This document shows, one piece after another, positions 1 through 7,614 of a stretch of DNA of 61,342 nt. The notes under the pieces are model-generated. The model had not been told where the DNA came from, ran no database searches, and saw nothing but the letters and a program-made list of their open reading frames with translations. Origin of the DNA: Anaerolineae bacterium (GTDB taxonomy: Bacteria; Chloroflexota; Anaerolineae; E26-bin7); NCBI GenBank assembly GCA_041862415.1, contig JBGVTF010000036.1, positions 1-61,342 of the forward strand, written 5' to 3'. The translations under genes were made by a program, and so were the position numbers. Numbering within the stretch: position 1 is the first letter of the stretch; each line of letters opens with the position of its first letter.

Positions 1-114
1 CCCAGCGGGGAGTTCGCCTTCGTCATTATTTGTGATAGCTTCTGTTTCTCTAATGGTCTGGTTGGAGGAGGACTGGGAGCGCTAATTGCCCTCATTATTA
101 AGTCCAAGAAGTGA
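1..114 (+). CDS. 3' end of an upstream gene (partial); the product ends in a hydrophobic tail
   Basis: Frame 1 is open from the window edge to TGA at 112-114 and ends ...GLVGGGLGALIALIIKSKK*. No family was recognised. Confidence 0.3.
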   Translation, partial: PSGEFAFVIICDSFCFSNGLVGGGLGALIALIIKSKK

Positions 115-326
115 CCAGCTACGCTTATGACGCCGCCGACCGCTTGACGAACGTGGACGGAGTGGGCTACATCTGGGGCGAGAACGGCAGCCCTTCGGGC
201 TGAGCCTCAGGACGAAGCCTGCTCTCCGATGGGAGATGAGCAAGGCTTAGATGCGGAAAAGACTTTCTGCGCGTTAGGACCTGCCAAGCAGCATCTCTGA
301 ATGTAGCAAAATGATTTGGAGGGGCG

Positions 327-788
327 ATGAGTCTTAAAGATAGATTGACTGACGATCTTAAACAAGCTATGCGTCAGGGGGATGAGCGACGCAAATCTAC
401 CATCCGCCTGGTGAGGGCGGCCATCACCAACGCTGAGATCGAACGAGGTAAAGAGCTGAGCGATGATGAGGTGTTGGCTGTCATTGCCAAACAGGCCAAG
501 CAGCGTCGTGAATCGGTGACTGAATTTGCCAGGGGCGGGCGTCAAGACCTGGTGGATCAAGAGGAGGAGGAATTGCAGATTCTCCTCAGCTACCTGCCCG
601 CTCAGATGTCACGTGATGATATTGAGATCGCGGCTCGGCAAGTCATAGCCGAGGTGGGAGCAACCAGTATGGCTCAGATGGGTGAGGTGATGCGCCGACT
701 GATGCCCCAATTAAAGGGCAAAGCCGATGGCAGTTTAGTCAATCAGGTGGTGAAAGAGATTCTGACCGGCACGGCAAAGACATCCTAG
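327..788 (+). CDS. GatB/YqeY domain-containing protein
   Basis: 153 aa. The N-terminus MSLKDRLTDDLKQAMRQGDERRKSTIRLVRAAI and ...LLSYLP are typical of the YqeY family. Confidence 0.85.
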   Translation: MSLKDRLTDDLKQAMRQGDERRKSTIRLVRAAITNAEIERGKELSDDEVLAVIAKQAKQRRESVTEFARGGRQDLVDQEEEELQILLSYLPAQMSRDDIEIAARQVIAEVGATSMAQMGEVMRRLMPQLKGKADGSLVNQVVKEILTGTAKTS

Positions 789-945
789 TCTGTGCGCTAC
801 CGGGGAGGTCCGCGACTGGAGAGATGAAGCAGATTGCCGTACTGGTTACCTGGGAGCGCCTCAAGCGCTCCCTTTGTTCGAGATGGGGAGTGTGCAGTTT
901 CGGTGTCATGGTCAAGGATACAGAGGTTTGAGGAGCAGTTCATAA

Positions 946-3081
946 ATGTCAGCTGAGAGTGGTAACAAGCATGATCAGGGAGGGCCTCCTTCACCCAAAA
1001 GGACTCCCACCTTGGGGGTAGCGGTGCGAGCTATCCTCTTGAGTCTGCTGTTCGTCATAGTAGTGAGTCTGATTTTGGTCTTTCAGCTTCTCCCGACCAA
1101 GCAAGTGACTCTGGAGGAGGGTGATGTCAGTCCCATAGATATCCGCGCCCCACGCAAGATAACTTATGTCAGCCAGATTCTGACTGAACAGGCTCAGGCC
1201 AAGGCGGAGACAGATGTAAAAGATGCCTACGATCCGCCCGATGCCCGCATCGCTCGCCAGCAGGTCACCAGAGCCCGCCAGGTTTTGAACTACGTTGACT
1301 CCGTCCGCTACGATGCCTATGCCAGTTCGGAAGTCAAGATGGATTGGATAGCTGCTATCCCGGACCTGGACATCCCGCCCAAGGTCATCAGCCAGACCCT
1401 CCTCCTGTCTGAAGGAGACTGGTCAGAGGTATCCAATGAAGTGGTCTATGTTATTGATCAAGTTATGCGTGAGGAGATAAGAGAAAGTCAGCTAGCTGGA
1501 ACGAAGCGCGCTTTACCTGCCAAGGTCAGCCTGGACCTGTCTGAGGAAGAGGCTGAAATCGTCAGCGAACTGGCGAAGAACTTTGTCAAGGCCAACAGCT
1601 TTTACAACAAAGAAAGGACAGAGGAAAACAGACGCCTGGCTCAGGAGAGTGTGGAGCCAGTAGCTCGTGTTCTGGAAGAAGGAGAAGTCGTCCTGCGCGC
1701 CGGAGACATTGTTGACTCCCTTGACCTGGAAGCCCTCGCTGCTTTGGGATTGCGTCAGCCCGAAACTGAGTGGCGGGACATCGTGAGCACCGTGCTTTTT
1801 GTTTTGGCAGCTACGATTATTCTGGACCTGTATCTTCTGCGTCTTCGCTCAGATTTCTGGGCAAACCGGCGTCATACCTTTCTGGTGTTCCTGTTGGTCG
1901 CTCTCTTTATTCTCGGTGCCAAGTTGATGGTGCCTGGTCACACCCTCCTGCCCTATCTATTCCCTTCGGCTGCCCTTTCAATGTTGCTCATGGTTCTCCT
2001 TGGCCCACAAATGGCTATTGCGGTGACCATTGTGTTGGGTCTGATGGTGGGCTTCATGGCCGGTGGTTCTCTGGAGTTGACGGCCTATGCGATTGTGGGC
2101 GGCCTTATTGCTTCCCTCGGCCTTTGGCGAGCGGAGAGTTTGAACGCCTTCTTGAGGGCTGGGCTCTACGCCATCCTGGCCAACGTGGCCGTGATCCTGG
2201 CTTTTCGCTTGCCGGATCCGAAATTCGATCTCCTGGGGATGGTGCAGTTGGTGCTGGCCAGCGTTGGCAACGGTGGTCTCTCAGCTATCCTGACGCTGGG
2301 CGGCTTTTTCCTGCTGGGCAGCGTTTTCGACATCACCACCCCGTTGCGGTTGATGGAGCTTTCCCGTCCCACCCATCCCTTGCTGCGCCAGTTGCTGCTG
2401 AAAGCTCCGGGTACTTATCACCATAGCCTCTTGGTCAGCAATATGGCCGAACAGGCGGCCGAGCAGATTGGGGCCGACGCTCTTCTCGCCCGGGTAGGAG
2501 CCTACTATCACGACATTGGCAAGACCGTCAGGCCCTATTTCTTCGTTGAAAACCAAGCCGATGGGATCAATGTCCACGACCGCCTTGACCCCAAGACCAG
2601 TGCTCAGATTATCGTCAGTCATACCAAGGATGGGCTAGAACTGGCCAGGAAATACCGCTTGCCAGGCAAGATCCAGGAGTTCATCACGCAGCACCACGGG
2701 GCTGGGAGGGTCAGTTACTTCTACCAGCAGGCCCGTCAGCGGGAAGGAGATACAGGTGCAGTGAACGAGGATGACTTCCGCTATCCCGGTCCCCGACCTG
2801 TCTCCAGAGAGGTAGCCATCGTGATGCTGGCCGATGGCTGTGAGTCGGCCGTGCGCAGTGCTCGCCCGACTTCTCCTGAGAAGATTGACGAGTTGGTGCG
2901 GAAGGTCATCAATGACAGGTTGCTGCGTGGAGAGTTGGATGACAGCGACCTGACTTTGCGCGACCTGGACAAGATCAGAGAGGCCTTTACCAGCATCTTG
3001 CAGGGAGTTTTCCATCCTCGCATCAAATATCCCGCAGGGGCCCTGAAAGAGTCGGAACCAGCGACTGAGGGGGATGGCTAA
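946..3081 (+). CDS. 7TM-receptor/HD-domain phosphohydrolase (YqfF/PgpH family)
   Basis: 711 aa with an extracellular N-domain, a central block of TM helices and a C-terminal HD domain (HHSLLVSNMAE...YYHDIGK...HHG). It sits directly upstream of ybeY, as in the phoH-yqfF-ybeY arrangement. Confidence 0.85.
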   Translation: MSAESGNKHDQGGPPSPKRTPTLGVAVRAILLSLLFVIVVSLILVFQLLPTKQVTLEEGDVSPIDIRAPRKITYVSQILTEQAQAKAETDVKDAYDPPDARIARQQVTRARQVLNYVDSVRYDAYASSEVKMDWIAAIPDLDIPPKVISQTLLLSEGDWSEVSNEVVYVIDQVMREEIRESQLAGTKRALPAKVSLDLSEEEAEIVSELAKNFVKANSFYNKERTEENRRLAQESVEPVARVLEEGEVVLRAGDIVDSLDLEALAALGLRQPETEWRDIVSTVLFVLAATIILDLYLLRLRSDFWANRRHTFLVFLLVALFILGAKLMVPGHTLLPYLFPSAALSMLLMVLLGPQMAIAVTIVLGLMVGFMAGGSLELTAYAIVGGLIASLGLWRAESLNAFLRAGLYAILANVAVILAFRLPDPKFDLLGMVQLVLASVGNGGLSAILTLGGFFLLGSVFDITTPLRLMELSRPTHPLLRQLLLKAPGTYHHSLLVSNMAEQAAEQIGADALLARVGAYYHDIGKTVRPYFFVENQADGINVHDRLDPKTSAQIIVSHTKDGLELARKYRLPGKIQEFITQHHGAGRVSYFYQQARQREGDTGAVNEDDFRYPGPRPVSREVAIVMLADGCESAVRSARPTSPEKIDELVRKVINDRLLRGELDDSDLTLRDLDKIREAFTSILQGVFHPRIKYPAGALKESEPATEGDG

Positions 3082-3084
3082 CCG

Positions 3085-3546
3085 ATGAGGAACAAAGACC
3101 AGGTTGACGTGCAGATGGCGCCGCGTTTTGCAGGGAAGGTTGACGCGGAGCTGTTACGTCGCGTCACAGCCGAGACCCTGCGTCGCGAAGGGGTGGAAGG
3201 TGGAATGGCACTCTCCGTCGTCATCACCGACGACGAGGCCATGCGAGAACTCAACCGGCAATTCCGTGATGTTGACGCCCCGACCGATGTGCTGGCCTTT
3301 GGCAGCGGAGAGGAAGGCGATTTCGTGACGGCTCCCGAGGAACCAGCCTATCTGGGCGATGTCATCATCTCCTATCCTCGCGCCGTGGCCCAGGCTGAAG
3401 AATACGGTCAAACTGTAGATCGTGAACTGGCTCTGCTGACAGTGCATGGCCTTTTGCACCTTCTGGGTTACGATCACGTGGCTGAGGCGGAGAGGACAGA
3501 GATGTGGGCCCGGCAGAATGAAATCCTGGAGAGCCTGGTGCTGTAA
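3085..3546 (+). CDS. ybeY: rRNA maturation endoribonuclease YbeY
   Basis: 153 aa with the metal-binding motif HGLLHLLGYDH and the DVLAF...GDV pattern. Confidence 0.9.
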   Translation: MRNKDQVDVQMAPRFAGKVDAELLRRVTAETLRREGVEGGMALSVVITDDEAMRELNRQFRDVDAPTDVLAFGSGEEGDFVTAPEEPAYLGDVIISYPRAVAQAEEYGQTVDRELALLTVHGLLHLLGYDHVAEAERTEMWARQNEILESLVL

Positions 3547-4809
3547 ATGTTTAATGAGACCTGGGTTGCCCTGGCCCTTTTCATAACCCTTTTGGGATTG
3601 GCAATGGGTCAGGGTGGTCTTTTGCTCATCGCGGTCTTGATCCTGACGGTAGCCCCTCTGGCCTGGCTGTGGAGTGAGTATTCGTTGTATGGGGTGGGAT
3701 ATGAACGCCTCTTCAGCGAGCGGCGAGCTTTTCTGGGCGAAACCGTTGATCTCACCATACGAGTGGCTAACCGCAAGCTCCTGCCCTTGGGATGGCTACG
3801 GGTGGACGATCAGTTCCCCCTGGCGCTACCTTTGACTAAGGGCGAATGGACTCCCTCTCCCAAACCGGCCGTGGGCTACTTGAGCAATCTCCTCTCCCTG
3901 CGTTGGTACGAGCGCATCAGCCGGCGCTACCAGGTAGGTTGCCAGCAGCGGGGATTCTATGCTTTCGGGCCAGCCACTATACGCTCTGGTGATATTTTCG
4001 GCCTCTTCAGCAAAGAATGCAAATCGGACCATCTTGATTGGCTGATCGTCTACCCCAAAGTGGAGCCTATTGAGAGCCTGGGCCTGCCCGCCAAGGACCC
4101 TTTTGGCGAGACCAAAGCGCGCCAGCGCATCTTCGAGGACCCCAGCCGTACCATCGGCGTGCGCGCTCATCAGCCTGAAGACGGCTTCAAGCACATCCAC
4201 TGGAAAGCCACGGCTCGCCATCAGGAGTTGCAAGTCAAGGTCTACGAGCCTACCACTACTTTTAACCTCATCGTCTTCCTCAACGTGGCTACTCTGCCCA
4301 AACATTGGCAGGGTACCATCCCTCCCCTCCTGGAGCGGGCCATCAGCGTGGCGGCCTCCATCGCCAGCTACGGCGTGGAGCAGCGCTACACGGTGGGGCT
4401 CCTGGCCAACGGTTGCCTGCCCATGTCCGATCAACCCATCAAGGTCCCGCCCAGCCGCAGTCCCAACCAGTTGACGCGCATCCTGGAAGCCCTGGCTGCG
4501 GTGACCAGCTTTGCCACCTCTTCCATCGAGGACCTACTAGCCGCCGAGAGTCCCAAGCTGCCCTGGGGGGCGACTTTGGTGGTGGTTTCGGCGGTGCTCA
4601 CTGAGGAACTCCTTTCTACCGTGCTGCGCCTGCGAGACGCAGGCCGCCGCTTGGTCCTGGTTTCTCTGGCGGATGAAGCTCCCAGCCACGAACTGACGGG
4701 TGTCCTCACTTATCATCTGCCCGGGGAAGAACTCGACTTCAGACCCTGCGAAAGGACCGAGGCTGGTCTATTCAGAGTTGATTCAGTTGAAGGAAGGGTC
4801 AGGGTATGA
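3547..4809 (+). CDS. DUF58 domain-containing protein
   Basis: 420 aa with N-terminal TM helices and a DUF58-like core (IHWKATARHQELQVKVYEPTTT). The start ATG directly abuts the ybeY stop. Confidence 0.75.
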   Translation: MFNETWVALALFITLLGLAMGQGGLLLIAVLILTVAPLAWLWSEYSLYGVGYERLFSERRAFLGETVDLTIRVANRKLLPLGWLRVDDQFPLALPLTKGEWTPSPKPAVGYLSNLLSLRWYERISRRYQVGCQQRGFYAFGPATIRSGDIFGLFSKECKSDHLDWLIVYPKVEPIESLGLPAKDPFGETKARQRIFEDPSRTIGVRAHQPEDGFKHIHWKATARHQELQVKVYEPTTTFNLIVFLNVATLPKHWQGTIPPLLERAISVAASIASYGVEQRYTVGLLANGCLPMSDQPIKVPPSRSPNQLTRILEALAAVTSFATSSIEDLLAAESPKLPWGATLVVVSAVLTEELLSTVLRLRDAGRRLVLVSLADEAPSHELTGVLTYHLPGEELDFRPCERTEAGLFRVDSVEGRVRV

Positions 4810-6290
4810 ACTTGCGGGGGCTGAAGTGGCGTCAAGAGGTGCTCTATCTGAGCGTGGCCGCTATGGAGATTTGCTGGCTCTATCCCTGGTTTCTCTTGGG
4901 GCACCGGTTGCTGGGCGACAGCAGCCATCGAGCCTCGATTCTGCTCCTCTTTGTCCCGCTGCTGGCCGCTTTGTACCTCACCCGCGCTCTGCCCAGGTTG
5001 CACGTGGAGATGCACTGGAATCGGGTGATCATCGCTCTTTGGGCGGTGGTGGCCTGTCTGGCGGCTCTGAAATACTACCTCTATCACCAGTATTCCCTGC
5101 TGGACCCGGCCTGGCTGGGGGACATGGCTCGCTCTTTGGCTAATGTGATGAACGCTATCCCTGGGGGGATACTGGTCATCGTCGTCGTGGTCCTCTATCT
5201 CTGGTGGCGGGGCATCAGCCTGGGACAGCAGAGCCTCACTTTTGCAAAGGTCGGTTTCTATTTCCGTCTGGGCATCGTAGTTTTCATCTGGTACCTGTTC
5301 CTCGTGTTCTTCGGCCCCAGTCAGGAGGTAACGCTTCTCGTCTTTGTCTATTTCTTTTTCGGCCTCATCGCCGTGGCCTTGGCTCGCATCGAGGAGGTCA
5401 GTCAGTTGAAGGGTGGGATTCGTTCGCCCTTCAATGCCTACTGGCTGGGGGTCCTGGTGCTGGCTACTATCGTCGTTCTCCTGGTCGCTCTCCTGGCCTC
5501 TTCTGTCTTCTCTTTGCAGAACGCTTACTACGTGCTGGGGTGGCTGCGCCCCCTGGAACCTGTCCTTGAGGCAGCTTTATACCATGTCTTCATGATACTG
5601 GGCTATCTTTTGCAGCCTCTGCTGGAGGCTCTGATCCTGGTAGCTAATCGCTTGACTGGGCTTGGTCTCTCGGAAATCTTTGCCTCGCAGGAGAGGCCCC
5701 CGGAACTGGCAGCGACCCAGGCCGCCAGTTCTCCGGACTACCTGGGAATTCTGAGGGGTTGTGTCACCGTCTCCATTTTGCTGGCCGCACTGGTTGCGGT
5801 GGTCCTCTCCTTGCGGCGCTGGCGGGCCAGTCGGGAAGAGCGGGGTGATGCGTTCAGGGAATCGCTTTGGTCTTCCGACTCTATTGCCCAGGGGTTACTG
5901 GGCTCGGTGCGCAGCGGTTGGGATCGGCTGGGGGAGCTGGCCGGGATGGTACGGCGTTTTGGCGTGGGGCGGGACCTCTATTCGGTCATCTCTATCAGGA
6001 AGATCTACGCCAGTCTGGTCAGGCTGGCCGAGGTCAGGGGTTATCCCCGTCCTGCGGCGCGGACCCCCTACGAGTATCTGGACACTTTGTATCGCGCCTT
6101 GCCGGGCAGCGAGGCCGAGGTGGCGGCCATTACCGAGGCCTACGTGGGAGTGCACTACGGCGAGTTGCCCCACAGTGCCGAAGACCTGCGGCGCATCAGA
6201 GAATGTTGGGCCAGAGTGCGCTGGCGGGATGAGCAAAGGCAGCGTTTTGGGCTGGGTGAGAAGGCAGGAGAGGGGATGTCCACCCGTTGA
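4806..6290 (+). CDS. polytopic membrane protein with a C-terminal DUF4129-like domain
   Basis: 494 aa with many TM helices. The C-terminus TPYEYLDTLYRALPGSEAEVAAITEAYVGVHYGE resembles DUF4129. An ATGA start/stop overlap with the DUF58 gene suggests translational coupling. Confidence 0.65.
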   Translation: MNLRGLKWRQEVLYLSVAAMEICWLYPWFLLGHRLLGDSSHRASILLLFVPLLAALYLTRALPRLHVEMHWNRVIIALWAVVACLAALKYYLYHQYSLLDPAWLGDMARSLANVMNAIPGGILVIVVVVLYLWWRGISLGQQSLTFAKVGFYFRLGIVVFIWYLFLVFFGPSQEVTLLVFVYFFFGLIAVALARIEEVSQLKGGIRSPFNAYWLGVLVLATIVVLLVALLASSVFSLQNAYYVLGWLRPLEPVLEAALYHVFMILGYLLQPLLEALILVANRLTGLGLSEIFASQERPPELAATQAASSPDYLGILRGCVTVSILLAALVAVVLSLRRWRASREERGDAFRESLWSSDSIAQGLLGSVRSGWDRLGELAGMVRRFGVGRDLYSVISIRKIYASLVRLAEVRGYPRPAARTPYEYLDTLYRALPGSEAEVAAITEAYVGVHYGELPHSAEDLRRIRECWARVRWRDEQRQRFGLGEKAGEGMSTR

Positions 6291-6384
6291 TGCCATTGAC
6301 AACCTGATGGGTCGGTGTTATACTCTGATGGGCAGCCATATAGAGGACACACCGATTGGTGCATTTTGAGGAGGAGGTGAGCCA

Positions 6385-7092
6385 ATGTCCAACGAGAGAT
6401 CGGATCAGAAAGGTCAGCCGCTGCACGTCTGGCTGCCGACAATGGTGCTCAAGTTCCTGGTCTTCCTGGCTTTCGCCTTTGTGCTCTTCGCGGCGACGGT
6501 GGGGCTGGGGGAGCGGGACCTGAGCAGCAGCCGCGTGTGGGTCATCATCGCGGGGATGATGGGACTGCTGCTGTTGCTAGCAGTGGACCGGCTGACTGCG
6601 CTCAAGGTCTCCCCCACAGGCGTGGAAGCGACGCTGGCCCAGGTCAAAGCGCAGGCTCTGGGAGAAATGAGCGACATCGAGAATCGGGAAGCTGCAGAGG
6701 CAGCGCGGGCGCAGATTCTACAGGCCGAGAGCCCGGCGCAGGTGGAAGCAGCGCGGGCGATGGCGGTCGAACTGAATGTCAATCGGGTGATGGAGCGGGT
6801 GAAGCAGGCCATCGCCCAGAAGCGCAAGGTGTACGTGCGCTACCGGCCCGACCCGCAGGGCCCCGTAGAGACCTATCAGGTCGCCTGCCTGGACGTCAAG
6901 GCCGGCAAGACCCTGGCCACGCGGGCCAACGACTACCTGTGGGTCTACTCCTACGAGCACGAGAGCGTCATCTCGCTGCGCCTGGGGCGGGTCCTGGGGG
7001 TCGAGCTGAGCGAGGAGACCTTTGATCCGGCGGAGCTGATGGCGGACTGGAAGAAGAAAGAGCCGGAGTGGAATTTGCCGAGGGAGTGGTGA
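6385..7092 (+). CDS. membrane-anchored coiled-coil protein with a WYL-like C-terminal domain
   Basis: 235 aa with a strong SD (aggaggaggtga) upstream. It has two TM helices, an Ala/Glu-rich helix and the C-terminus KVYVRYRPDPQGPVETYQVACLDV...DYLWVYSYEHESVISLRLGRVLGVE, which resembles the WYL pattern. Confidence 0.6.
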   Translation: MSNERSDQKGQPLHVWLPTMVLKFLVFLAFAFVLFAATVGLGERDLSSSRVWVIIAGMMGLLLLLAVDRLTALKVSPTGVEATLAQVKAQALGEMSDIENREAAEAARAQILQAESPAQVEAARAMAVELNVNRVMERVKQAIAQKRKVYVRYRPDPQGPVETYQVACLDVKAGKTLATRANDYLWVYSYEHESVISLRLGRVLGVELSEETFDPAELMADWKKKEPEWNLPREW

Positions 7093-7142
7093 GTGGAAGC
7101 TAACAGAACGGATTTCTTAGAGAGGGGGGGTGAATCGGAAAA

Positions 7143-7343
7143 GTGACGGTAAAACTTAGACCGGGAGAATCACAGGAAAGCTTGCTCAAGCGTTTCCGCA
7201 ATGAGGTGACCAAGGGTCGTGTCCTGAGCGACGTGCGCAGAAGGAGATGGTTTGTCTCCAAAAGCGAACAGCGCCGGATAGCGAAGCGCAAGGGCATCCG
7301 CAGGGCCAAAAAGCGACAACGTCAGAGCACCAGACGGAGATAG
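7143..7343 (+). CDS. rpsU: 30S ribosomal protein S21
   Basis: 66 aa with a GTG start. The sequence (M)TVKLRPGESQESLLKRFRNEVTKGRVLSDVRRRRWFVSKSEQRRIAKRKG is typical of S21. Confidence 0.9.
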   Translation: MTVKLRPGESQESLLKRFRNEVTKGRVLSDVRRRRWFVSKSEQRRIAKRKGIRRAKKRQRQSTRRR

Positions 7344-7360
7344 GCAGGACACCCTGACGA

Positions 7361-7554
7361 GTCTGGCTAAAATGGGGGGAACGCTGTCAACGGATTCAGG
7401 GAATGGATTGAACGGATTCAAGTCAAGATCAAACGGGAGAAATCTCGCCTGAGGTGTGATCATCCGTTCAATCTGTTACAGAAATCCGTTGACAGCCTCC
7501 GGCCAGTAACGAGGCCGTCTGCTCACCTTGACGCCCAACCCATTTTAGCCAGAC
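7361..7554. repeat. 194-nt nested inverted-repeat element (three perfect stem segments of 16, 14 and 12 bp)
   Basis: GTCTGGCTAAAATGGG (7361-7376) pairs with CCCATTTTAGCCAGAC (7539-7554). GCTGTCAACGGATT (7383-7396) pairs with AATCCGTTGACAGC (7483-7496). GATTGAACGGAT (7406-7417) pairs with ATCCGTTCAATC (7462-7473). Confidence 0.85.
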
Positions 7555-7614
7555 CCAAGTAAAAACTGGTTGCTCGTTGCTTGCGGCTGGTCGGTGGGGT
7601 AGCAGGGGGGAGCG

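Noticed and set aside
7170-7463. 97-aa minus-strand ORF across rpsU and the palindromic element
   Set aside because: It overlaps the well-supported rpsU on the opposite strand and runs into the inverted-repeat element. It has no SD or family resemblance.
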